Source: an uncultured Gammaproteobacteria bacterium
GTDB lineage: Bacteria; Patescibacteriota; Patescibacteriia; Magasanikbacterales; GWA2-37-8
DNA: 64,000 nt
NCBI GenBank assembly: GCA_964634875.1
Contig: CAZWKA010000001.1
Span: forward strand, 101,600-165,599
Direction of reading: 5' to 3'
Shown here: in pieces, positions 38,737 to 46,890 of the stretch
How positions within the stretch are numbered: position 1 is the first letter of the stretch
Layout of the letters: every line of letters starts with the position of its first letter
Translations under genes and position numbers: made by a program
Notes under the pieces: generated by a model
What the model was told of the DNA's origin: nothing
What the model saw: only the letters and a program-made list of their open reading frames with translations
Databases searched by the model: none

Positions 38737-39393
38737 ATGAAAAAAATAATTATCCTGGTTGGTCCGCCTGGCTCAGGCAAAGGTACTCAGGCTAAAAAAA
38801 TTGCTGAAAAGCATAACTACCGCCATATTTCGACGGGCGACCTGTTGCGGGCTCTCGATGCCGACGAACAAGCGGTGCCCGAGGAGCGCCAGGCAATGAA
38901 TGACATGAAGCAGGGCAAGCTCGTGGCCGACTGGCTCATTTTCCGGCTCGCTTTTCGCGCTATTGACCGCGCCTTGTCCGAAGGTCGAGGTGTGGTACTC
39001 GATGGGGCGATCCGGAATATTTCCCAGGCTGAAGAATATCAGAAATATTTTAAGGATAAGGGTCTCGAACAGGAAGTGGTGGCTATTGAAGTTGCCCTCT
39101 CTGACGAAGAAGCCTTTAACCGACTTGGTTACCGCCGGGTGTGCAGCCAGTGCGGCGAAATCGTCCGGGCGATCCCGGAAAATACAGACTCCACTTGTCT
39201 CAAGTGCGGAGGTGTGCTGACTACCCGCCCTGATGACGCCGAAGCGGTGGTAAAAAAACGGATTGCCCAGCAAGGCAATGTTGCACTCACGCCGATTGTT
39301 CAGTTTTATAAGGATGCGGGAGCGTTAGTGTCGGTAGACGGCGCACAATCAATTGAAATGGTAGAAAAACAAATAGAAAAAATTTTAGTTTAA
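38737..39393 (+). CDS. adk: adenylate kinase (zinc-lid type)
   Basis: 218 aa. P-loop GPPGSGKGTQ. Lid CSQCGE ... CLKCGG. Confidence 0.93.
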   Translation: MKKIIILVGPPGSGKGTQAKKIAEKHNYRHISTGDLLRALDADEQAVPEERQAMNDMKQGKLVADWLIFRLAFRAIDRALSEGRGVVLDGAIRNISQAEEYQKYFKDKGLEQEVVAIEVALSDEEAFNRLGYRRVCSQCGEIVRAIPENTDSTCLKCGGVLTTRPDDAEAVVKKRIAQQGNVALTPIVQFYKDAGALVSVDGAQSIEMVEKQIEKILV

Positions 39394-39398
39394 AGTCC

Positions 39399-39475
39399 TA
39401 AGCAGAGTAGGCAGAGTAAGTACTAAGTAAAATTTGTACCTACACTGCTTAGAACTTACTCTGCCTATCTTGCTT
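39399..39475. repeat. intergenic palindrome (AAGCAGAGTAGGCAGAGTAAGT ... ACTTACTCTGCCTATCTTGCTT)
   Basis: Roughly 22-bp inverted arms between adk and map. Shares an AGTAAGTA-type core with family B and the (AGTACTT)n array. Confidence 0.55.
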
Positions 39476-39489
39476 CACTAAGCAAAAAT

Positions 39490-40314
39490 ATGTTAATCAA
39501 GAGTAAAAAAGAAATCGCCCTCATCGCTGAAGGCGGAAAATTAATGGGTGAAATCTTGAGCGAGCTCAAAGTGTTGTGTAAGCCAGGCATGTCAACGCAT
39601 ACCATTGATCTTCTGGCTGAGAAAAAAATTCTCGCCGTTGGCGGCAAACCGGCTTTTAAAGGCTACACCACTCACGCCACTGACATTCCGTTTCCGGGAA
39701 CGATTTGTGCTTCGGTGAACACCGATCTTGTTCATGCTATTCCCCGTAAAGATGTCATCCTCAAAGATGGTGATATTTTTACGATTGATATTGGTATGGA
39801 ATACCCAGCGGGAAACAGTAAGCGCGGCCGCGGTTTTTTTACCGATACAGCAATTACTTTTTCAATTGGCGAGATTCCCCCCAAGACCAAAGAATTGCTC
39901 CGGGTTACCAAAGAAGCGCTTGAAGTTGGAATGCGGGCGGCAAAGCCTGGTAACAGTGTTGCGAGTATTGGTAAAGCAGTTGAATCGTATGTAAAAAGCC
40001 AGGGTACGTATGGTGTGGTGCGTGATTTGGTTGGGCATGGTGTTGGTCACGAAGTTCACGAGCAGCCGAATATTCCAAACTATTATGACCCGGGGTTGGA
40101 GTCAATTATCTTGAAGCCGGGTATGGTGATTGCTATCGAACCAATGATCTCGATCAGTAAAGAGCATCGGGTAGTAGCCAAGCCCGATGGTTGGACGATC
40201 GCTATGCGCGACAATGCGCTCTCGGCTCATTTTGAGCACACACTTGTGATTACCGCGAAGGGGAATGAGGTGGTGACGAGACGGCCGGGGGAGAGTAAAG
40301 AGGTACTTTGGTAA
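39490..40314 (+). CDS. map: methionine aminopeptidase type I
   Basis: 274 aa. Pita-bread fold with metal ligands in DIGMEY, VGHGVGHEVHE and IEPMIS. Confidence 0.93.
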   Translation: MLIKSKKEIALIAEGGKLMGEILSELKVLCKPGMSTHTIDLLAEKKILAVGGKPAFKGYTTHATDIPFPGTICASVNTDLVHAIPRKDVILKDGDIFTIDIGMEYPAGNSKRGRGFFTDTAITFSIGEIPPKTKELLRVTKEALEVGMRAAKPGNSVASIGKAVESYVKSQGTYGVVRDLVGHGVGHEVHEQPNIPNYYDPGLESIILKPGMVIAIEPMISISKEHRVVAKPDGWTIAMRDNALSAHFEHTLVITAKGNEVVTRRPGESKEVLW

Positions 40315-40316
40315 AT

Positions 40317-40766
40317 GCCAAAATCCTAATTTCAAATGACAAATAAAATGTCAAAGGCTCAAAATCAAAAGTATGATTTGGAAGAGCGAACCGCACAGTT
40401 TGGGGAAGAAGTAATCCGCTTTCTTCAGAAACTAAATAAAGATATAGTTACGTCTCCTTTAATTAGTCAACTTGTTAGATCGGCTACGAGCATTGGTGCT
40501 AATTATTGTGAGGCGGATTGTGCGGAATCAAGAAAAGATTTTGAATATAAAATAGGAATTTGTAAAAAAGAGTCTAAAGAAACAAAGTATTGGTTTAGAA
40601 TGCTGGCGACAGCTTTGCCTCAAGAAAAAGAAAAATGCCGTGAGCTCTGGAAAGAATGCAATGAATTTAACTTGATATTTTCAGCGATTATCAGAAACTC
40701 TCGTAAAAATAAAAATTAGAGCTTGGGATTTTTGTTTGACATTTGAAATTAGGATTTTGACATTTC
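40317..40766 (+). mobile_element. IVS-like cassette: four-helix-bundle ORF bracketed by ~24-bp inverted repeats (AAAATCCTAATTTCAAATGACAAA / TTTGACATTTGAAATTAGGATTTT)
   Basis: The left repeat (40317-40344) overlaps the ORF start. The right repeat (40731-40766) lies just past the stop. 23 of 24 positions are complementary. A related empty repeat pair is at 54277-54326. Confidence 0.5.
40336..40719 (+). CDS. four-helix-bundle protein (23S rRNA intervening-sequence protein family, TIGR02436-like)
   Basis: 127 aa. QLVRSATSIGANYCEA matches the family signature (xLxRSAxSIxxNIAEG). K/E-rich helical composition. Confidence 0.7.
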   Translation: MTNKMSKAQNQKYDLEERTAQFGEEVIRFLQKLNKDIVTSPLISQLVRSATSIGANYCEADCAESRKDFEYKIGICKKESKETKYWFRMLATALPQEKEKCRELWKECNEFNLIFSAIIRNSRKNKN

Positions 40767-40769
40767 ATT

Positions 40770-41165
40770 ATGAATATTCTCGCCCTCGATTATGGCCGTA
40801 AACGCATTGGTGTTGCCTGGGTAGATACTGGGATCAATGTTGTCTTGCCGCTTGGAGTGATTGAAAACACTGGCGAAGCTGTTTTTACAAAACTTGCGGA
40901 TTTGATAAAAAAAGAAAATGCAGACACGGTGGTTATTGGTTTGCCTACGGGGATGGATGGCAGTGAAAATGAAAACACTAAAAATATTCGAGCTTTTGGT
41001 GAAAAACTAGAAAAGTCAATTAGTACTCCAATCGTTTTTGTTGATGAACGTTTTTCTTCGCGCCAAGCAGATGCCATGGGTCAAGGGGTGAGCCGGGATG
41101 AGAAGTCGGCGATGGTGATTTTGGACAGTTACCTTGAGAGCGTAAGGCGAAAAGCTAAAAATTAA
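40770..41165 (+). CDS. ruvX: Holliday-junction resolvase-like nuclease YqgF/RuvX
   Basis: 131 aa. ILALDYGRKRIGVAW, VVIGLPTGMDGSEN, FVDERFSSRQA. Confidence 0.85.
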   Translation: MNILALDYGRKRIGVAWVDTGINVVLPLGVIENTGEAVFTKLADLIKKENADTVVIGLPTGMDGSENENTKNIRAFGEKLEKSISTPIVFVDERFSSRQADAMGQGVSRDEKSAMVILDSYLESVRRKAKN

Positions 41166-41233
41166 AAATAGCAGAGTCGCCGCGGCGACACGACAGTTTT
41201 AAATTTTTCGTTGTAAGCTTTTAGTTTTTACAC

Positions 41234-41962
41234 ATGTTATCCATCGTCCTCAAACGCCACGACTTCCGGGAAAGCGACCAGTTCATCACTCTGTTTACCG
41301 ACGAGTCTGGCAAGCGTGAAGCCTTGGCGCGTGGTGTTAAAAAAATTACGAGCAAACTTTCGGCTTACCTGACGCCGTTTTTTATTATTGAAACAGAATT
41401 AGTGCCGGGCAAGGAAACCGATCTTTTGATCATGGCCCAGCCGTACCAGGTTTTTCGCAACATTCCTGTTGATTTTGAAAAGATGTCGGTGGTAGGGTAT
41501 GCTGTGCAGTTGGTTGATGCGCTCACCGTACTCAAGCACCCGGAACCACGGATTTTTTCGCTCCTTGCAAGTTTTTTAGCGGCTTGTGACGGGGGTGGTC
41601 ATGACTCCGAGACTGTAGTTGCCAGCTTTACGCTTAAACTGCTTGCCCTGCTGGGGTGGCAGCCAGAACTGATGAAATGCCTTGTTTGCGGCAAGGTTTT
41701 GGGTAACGAACCTGGTCAATTTAGTGTGGCCGAAGGAGGGGTGCGGCATGCGACGTGCCCGAGTGTACGGCAACCTGTCGCCGGAGTGCCTGATGTCTTT
41801 CTATCATCTGCCGATAGAATTATTTTTCAAAAATTATTGACTGGCTCGTGGGATGAGCAGGTTAAAAAGGTTTCAGAACAAATCCTTAGTTTGTCGTATG
41901 TATATTTTTTGTACCATCAGCAGGGCTCCACTAAGATCGGCCGTTTTAGATTGACAGTCTAA
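41234..41962 (+). CDS. recO: DNA repair protein RecO
   Basis: 242 aa. OB-fold N-terminus (VLKRHDFRESDQFITLFT). Zinc motif CLVCGK ... HATCPS. Confidence 0.8.
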   Translation: MLSIVLKRHDFRESDQFITLFTDESGKREALARGVKKITSKLSAYLTPFFIIETELVPGKETDLLIMAQPYQVFRNIPVDFEKMSVVGYAVQLVDALTVLKHPEPRIFSLLASFLAACDGGGHDSETVVASFTLKLLALLGWQPELMKCLVCGKVLGNEPGQFSVAEGGVRHATCPSVRQPVAGVPDVFLSSADRIIFQKLLTGSWDEQVKKVSEQILSLSYVYFLYHQQGSTKIGRFRLTV

Positions 41963-42092
41963 GCTGGTTGTGGTAGGTTGAATTTTGTTTTCAGTACGTG
42001 GTGGAAGAAAAAAGTATCTTTTGCCACTGGCCTAAAATCGCGCGGAGGGCGCGAAATAGGGCTAGCGGTCTACAATCAAGAGGAGACCCTTC

Positions 42093-42464
42093 ATGAAGAG
42101 CACCTGGTTACTTCCTTTGCTTTTTGGCTTTGGCTGTAGGGCGGCGCCGCTGCCCATCTCTGATAACCCGGTGGCTGTCAGGGAGACAGTGGCGAGCTGC
42201 GAGTCGCCGCAGCGTACGTGGTCGGACTGCGCTGTGGCCTGTGTCCGCAAGGTGAATCTGGATCACGAGTACGACCCGGCGATCGACCTCTGCCGGCGAC
42301 AGCACCCCGACAACGTCAAGGGTGTGGTGGCTTGTCTCAACGACAAAGTCCCCGACTACACCGCCGCCTTCCGCGCCTGTACCAAGGACGACGGCTGCGA
42401 CAAAATCCGGGAGAACCATCCCGGCTGCTTCGGGCCTGAGGCCGTGAACCTGCCTTCGAGCTAG
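42093..42464 (+). CDS. GC-rich secreted Cys-rich protein (single copy of a ~90-aa 8-Cys module)
   Basis: 123 aa with a signal peptide. Cys spacing SCESPQRTWSDCAVACV ... CRRQ ... ACLND ... ACTKDDGCDKIRENHPGCFGPE is shared with both halves of the next ORF. High GC3. Confidence 0.55.
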   Translation: MKSTWLLPLLFGFGCRAAPLPISDNPVAVRETVASCESPQRTWSDCAVACVRKVNLDHEYDPAIDLCRRQHPDNVKGVVACLNDKVPDYTAAFRACTKDDGCDKIRENHPGCFGPEAVNLPSS

Positions 42465-42642
42465 TCTCGGAACAACTGCAGCTTCCTTTTGACCTGGAGC
42501 CGACACTGTCGGCTCCAGTACTGTTTAAAATTAGCCGCTGACATTTTGGGAATAGTCATTAGTCGATATAGTTTCGTATAATGACTGGTTCTAAGGCGCA
42601 TGTGCTGCGTTGTCGAAGCCAGGGTTTTTATCGGAGGGAATC

Positions 42643-43263
42643 ATGTGGAAATTATACACCGGATTGTTGGTGGTTGCTGCTGGCTGTACCTCGCTGGCAA
42701 ATGTTCAGCGGCTGCGACCAGATACGCCGGTTGAGCCGTGTCACGAGGTGCAAAAACGCTACGGCGATTGCAGTCTGCTGTGTGCACAAAAGGCAGATCC
42801 TACCCAAGCAACCAATGCTGTGCTCGACAGTTGTGGCGAGAAATTCAGTGAGAGCATTGATCGGATGTTGGCTTGTTACGAAGCGGAGGCTCCGGAACAA
42901 GCGGTCGCTTACCGTTCGTGCATGCAAGACAGCGGTTGCACGAACGTCCGAGAAAGTCGGGCCAGCTGTTTTGGAGAAGGTGTGCCAACAGGTATAGCTG
43001 TCCAAGGTGATGGTCGCGATTACGAATCATGCCGAGAGGTTGAGGTGGCGTACAATGCCTGTGCGCTGAGCTGTGCTGAGCGGATTGATCCCGATGGTCC
43101 GACAGCCGATTTAATAAAGCGTTGTGCACGTGAGCTACCACCGGACACCTGTTATCGCGAGGGTAGCCCAAAAGCGCCCCAGTTCATGTGGTGCCTAAAA
43201 GCGAATGGGTGTATGGTGCGCCGCACCTTGCGTCCCGAGTGCTTTGTTCCGACTGGTGAGTAG
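42643..43263 (+). CDS. GC-rich Cys-rich lipoprotein (two tandem copies of the same 8-Cys module)
   Basis: Start at ATG 42643 with SD GGAGGGA. Lipobox AAGCT. Repeat 1 is EPCHEVQKRYGDCSLLCAQ ... CGEKF ... ACYE ... CMQDSGCTNVRESRASCFGEG. Repeat 2 is ESCREVEVAYNACALSCAE ... CARE ... CYRE ... CLKANGCMVRRTLRPECFVP. Confidence 0.55.
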   Translation: MWKLYTGLLVVAAGCTSLANVQRLRPDTPVEPCHEVQKRYGDCSLLCAQKADPTQATNAVLDSCGEKFSESIDRMLACYEAEAPEQAVAYRSCMQDSGCTNVRESRASCFGEGVPTGIAVQGDGRDYESCREVEVAYNACALSCAERIDPDGPTADLIKRCARELPPDTCYREGSPKAPQFMWCLKANGCMVRRTLRPECFVPTGE

Positions 43264-43433
43264 GACAGTTCACGATATCTTCGTCCTAATTAGAGAGCCG
43301 ACAAACGTCGGCTCTCATATTGTTTTTGTATTAAAAAAACCACGTTAACAGCGTGGAAGATGGAAGTGTTGGATTAAGTTCTCCCGCCCCAAGAAAGTGT
43401 TGGGACGGGAGAACTTATGGGTGAAAGGAGCGC

Positions 43434-44420
43434 TTATTCGATGTAGCGGTGGGTATCAAAGCCCTCCGGCAGTTCGATCTCATCCAGGTGGAGGAAGGCA
43501 ACTATCGCGATGCGCAGCGCATCGGGGTGAAGTTGCTTGGGCTGCGGAACCTGGACAACACCGTGGTACAAGGGCTTCAGCCGGCCGCCGGTCAAGAGGA
43601 AGGGTTTGCAGGCGTTGAAGAGAAGGGGGCGGTTCGGCTCTGAACTGATCGGTACCCACTCATACGGCTTGCAGGGGTTGAGCCCGGGCGGATGGGGTGT
43701 CGTCAGAACATGGTCCAGATGTTCGCCGCGGTCGTCATGAAGCGCTTCCAGAGCATGTCGTGGTTGCGCGCCTTGCAGACCGGGCCCGCTTTCGTAGGCC
43801 GCATAGGTGAATGCCGAGCGATCGTTATGTCTGCCACCGATTTCGCCCGTAGTATCTTTTCGACGGCCTGTATAACCGAGAATCCGTATCACATCAAAAT
43901 TGTCTCGACCCTCTCGCCCGACCAAGGGAGTCATCTGCGTGCCCAACAAATCATCAAGCTCGCGCACGATTCCACGTGCATGATCTTGAAACCGTCGGAG
44001 CAATGACTGGCAGCTGAAGAGTAACCGCCGATGTTCTCTGAGGAATTCGGGGTTGAACTGGGTCAGCTTGTCGAACAGGGGAGCGCGGAAGTGGAACGTC
44101 TTTTTGTGATCCTTCTCCCGCTCAGGATTCGTTGGATCCGGTTGGCCAACAGATTCCCAGAACCCAGTATCCCAGTCTGGGGGCTGGCCAGGCTTTGAGA
44201 TCATATTGAATGCCCAAGCTCTCGGTTCCTTGGGGGGATTGTCGATCAAGTCCAGAAAATCCCTGACGATCAACGGAATGAGGTCGTCCGTTCTGAGTTC
44301 AACGCGCGTGATTCGGTCGCGGAGAAGTTCTTGTGCGTGGGCTCGATTCCGTGCAAGGTCCATTGTCATGGGCACACTCCTTCTAACTCGCCAGTATAGC
44401 CGAGCCAAATATTTTTGCAA
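43434..44420 (-). CDS. 2-oxoglutarate/Fe(II)-dependent oxygenase-like protein (IPNS/ACCO-type HxD...H)
   Basis: 328 aa. HNDRSAFTYAAYESGPGLQ resembles the HxD ... GLQV strand. YEWVPISSEPNRPLLFNA ... LYHGVV resembles WxxVxPxPxxxVVNxGD ... HRV. Moderately GC-rich. Confidence 0.45.
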   Translation of the reverse strand: MQKYLARLYWRVRRSVPMTMDLARNRAHAQELLRDRITRVELRTDDLIPLIVRDFLDLIDNPPKEPRAWAFNMISKPGQPPDWDTGFWESVGQPDPTNPEREKDHKKTFHFRAPLFDKLTQFNPEFLREHRRLLFSCQSLLRRFQDHARGIVRELDDLLGTQMTPLVGREGRDNFDVIRILGYTGRRKDTTGEIGGRHNDRSAFTYAAYESGPGLQGAQPRHALEALHDDRGEHLDHVLTTPHPPGLNPCKPYEWVPISSEPNRPLLFNACKPFLLTGGRLKPLYHGVVQVPQPKQLHPDALRIAIVAFLHLDEIELPEGFDTHRYIE

Positions 44421-44574
44421 CTCTATTTTCCATTTATTTTTTATGCAGTGGGTATATAAAAATAAAAACAGCCTTTTGAAAAAGCTGTTTTTAAGGGAGG
44501 CCGACGGTGGTATCAGCAGGAGTCAGCCGTTTGAATGAGCGTTGTTAGGTGTGTGGTTCTTGGTCTCTTGGGTG

Positions 44575-45123
44575 CTACTCGCATCCCCACGACGTGTCGC
44601 CTTGCCACCCGGCGAAGCGGGTGTCGTCCGTGTCGCCCCGCACCTCCTGGGTGGGCGGCTCCTTCGGCTCGTTGCAGGTGAAGCGGCATTCGGCCTCAAT
44701 GTGCACATCCGGCTTCGTGAACATGTGCATGTCGCGCCGCTCACCAGTCTTCTTGTTGACGGCGACGGCGCTCGAAATCATCTGGGGGTGGGTAGTGAGC
44801 TTGTAGGCGGTCGCGCCCTCGCAGAACGGGATCGGATTCGGGTTGCAGAGGGCGTAGAAGGTTCCTGCTGGCGATCGTGAGATCTCGAGGATGTAGACCT
44901 TCTGATCCTTGTTCGGGGCGGGCGGCACATTGCAGGCGAAGCTCTTGCCGCCGTCATTGTTCGCTAGCACCACCTCCGGCTCAGAAGACCCCTCCAGGAA
45001 GGCTGAGTTCGTAGTATCGAGTGGGTGCTCCGTCGCCACGACTGCTTCTCGCTGCAAGACCGGCGCGGCGCATGCGCCCGCCATCAACGCTGACACTGCC
45101 ATCCAATTACGCATGCTGGTCAT
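44575..45123 (-). CDS. GC-rich secreted Cys-containing hypothetical protein
   Basis: 182 aa. Signal peptide MTSMRNWMAVSALMAGACAAPVLQ. Six further Cys. A minus-strand CTATCTTGACA motif lies upstream at about 45188-45201. Confidence 0.5.
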   Translation of the reverse strand: MTSMRNWMAVSALMAGACAAPVLQREAVVATEHPLDTTNSAFLEGSSEPEVVLANNDGGKSFACNVPPAPNKDQKVYILEISRSPAGTFYALCNPNPIPFCEGATAYKLTTHPQMISSAVAVNKKTGERRDMHMFTKPDVHIEAECRFTCNEPKEPPTQEVRGDTDDTRFAGWQGDTSWGCE

Positions 45124-45271
45124 GAACGTACCTCCTTGAGTGCGCTGGGCGGTGTGCCCAGCGCAGGAAGTATACTTAACACATTTTTAGAGAATGTCAA
45201 GATAGTTCACAGATAATTTTCCACTTGCCTTTTTGGCTAAAAAGGGCTACGCTAAGCCAGTGCTATGTTAC

Positions 45272-45308
45272 AAGTACTTAGTACTTAGTACTTAGTACTT
45301 GGTACTTA
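45272..45308. repeat. tandem heptamer array (AGTACTT)x5, each unit containing the palindromic hexamer AGTACT
   Basis: AGTACTTAGTACTTAGTACTTAGTACTTGGTACTTAC, about 25 nt upstream of asnS. Confidence 0.7.
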
Positions 45309-45332
45309 CAACTTACTACTCGTTTTAACCGT

Positions 45333-46631
45333 ATGTCCTCAATCTGCCTTTCCAAAAATCTCCACGAACACATCGGTGAAGAAGTCGTTATTCGCGGTTG
45401 GCTTTATAATAAACGTTCCAGCGGTTCGATCGCTTTTTTGGAAGTCCGTGATGGTTTTGGTTGGGTGTCGGCCGTCGCTTCTAAAAGCGCAGTGCCCGAG
45501 AGTGTCTGGGACGCTATTGAAAAACTGACCCAGGAATCCTCGCTCACGCTGAAGGGTTTGGTTAAAGTGCACCCGAAGCGTGCTAATGAGTATGAGGTTG
45601 AGGTGCGAGATGTTGAGATCATCCAGCTCGCTACCGAATATCCAATTGCCAAGAAAGAACATGGCCCGGATTTTTTGATGGAGAACCGCCACTTGTGGCT
45701 CCGGAGTAAACAACAGTGGGCAATTTTGCGTGTGCGCGACGCCATTATTATGGCCATCAACGAATATCTACATCAGGAAAATTTTATCAAAGCCGATAGC
45801 CCGATTTTTACACCCAATGCCTGCGAAGGGACGACGACTCTTTTTGCTGTACCGTATTTTGATTTAGGCACGGCCTATTTATCCCAATCTGGGCAGTTGT
45901 ATATCGAAGCAGCGATTGCCTCGGTGGGGCGCTGTTATGATTTTGGTCCAGTTTTTCGAGCGGAAAAAAGTAAAACCAAACGTCATCTCACTGAATTTTG
46001 GATGATGGATGCCGAAGGTGCCTTTGTTGAACATGAAGAAAATTTGCAAATTCAAGAAGGATTGGTGCGCCATATCGTGCGTTATTGTTTGGAACACTGT
46101 AAACAAGAGTTGGCTATTTTGGAACGCGACACTGCCAAGCTCGCACAGGCTGACGCACCGTTCACGCGCTACACGTATGACCAGGCGATTGTAAAATTAA
46201 ACGAACTTGGGTCTGATATTAAATATGGTGAAGACTTGGGCAACGATGATGAGGGGCTTTTGACCAAAGACAGTGTGGTGCCGGTCTTTATCGAAAAATG
46301 GCCCAAGGGTATTAAGCCGTTTTATATGAAACGCGACCCGAGTAACCCCGAACTAGTCCTGAATGATGACCTGATTGCGACCGATGGTGGGGGAGAGTTG
46401 ATTGGGGGGTCACAGCGTGAAGAAGATGTTGACGTGCTCATTGAACGTATTAAGCACGAAGGGCTCAACATGGAAGATTATGAATGGTACCTCGACCTGC
46501 GTCGCTATGGCAGCGTCCCACATTCTGGCTTTGGCATCGGCCTCGAGCGGGCGGTGCGCTGGATTACGGGTGTCGAGCATATTCGGGAGTGTATTCCGTT
46601 CCCACGGACGATTGGCCGTTTAAAACCATAA
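45333..46631 (+). CDS. asnS: asparaginyl-tRNA synthetase (class IIb)
   Basis: 432 aa. N-terminal OB anticodon-binding domain. Class II motifs FRAE and GGSQRE. C-terminal GLERAVRW and FPRTIGRLKP. The length fits AsnRS rather than AspRS. Confidence 0.85.
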   Translation: MSSICLSKNLHEHIGEEVVIRGWLYNKRSSGSIAFLEVRDGFGWVSAVASKSAVPESVWDAIEKLTQESSLTLKGLVKVHPKRANEYEVEVRDVEIIQLATEYPIAKKEHGPDFLMENRHLWLRSKQQWAILRVRDAIIMAINEYLHQENFIKADSPIFTPNACEGTTTLFAVPYFDLGTAYLSQSGQLYIEAAIASVGRCYDFGPVFRAEKSKTKRHLTEFWMMDAEGAFVEHEENLQIQEGLVRHIVRYCLEHCKQELAILERDTAKLAQADAPFTRYTYDQAIVKLNELGSDIKYGEDLGNDDEGLLTKDSVVPVFIEKWPKGIKPFYMKRDPSNPELVLNDDLIATDGGGELIGGSQREEDVDVLIERIKHEGLNMEDYEWYLDLRRYGSVPHSGFGIGLERAVRWITGVEHIRECIPFPRTIGRLKP

Positions 46632-46890
46632 AATTGATAAGCAAAAAAATCCCTCTAAAAAAGGGATTTTTTTGCTTAGTATAGCCAAAAAAACACGTGG
46701 ATAACTAGGGGCGAGTCTATCTTGACAACAGTCCGGTTTTGTGCTAGGGTCAGTAGTACTCGATTTTGAGTATAGCTTTTTGAAAAATAAGGCCTTGAGG
46801 ATGGGTACGAGCTTATTTAGCTATAAATAGGCTGCTATCCCGCCTCGAGACCTTCAACGTTCCAGTCTATCAACGTTCCAGTCCATAGGA

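Noticed and set aside
45272-45308. Tandem heptamer array considered as a mini CRISPR or other repeat array
   Set aside because: Units are only 7 nt with no spacers. There are no cas genes, and no other direct-repeat/spacer architecture in the window.
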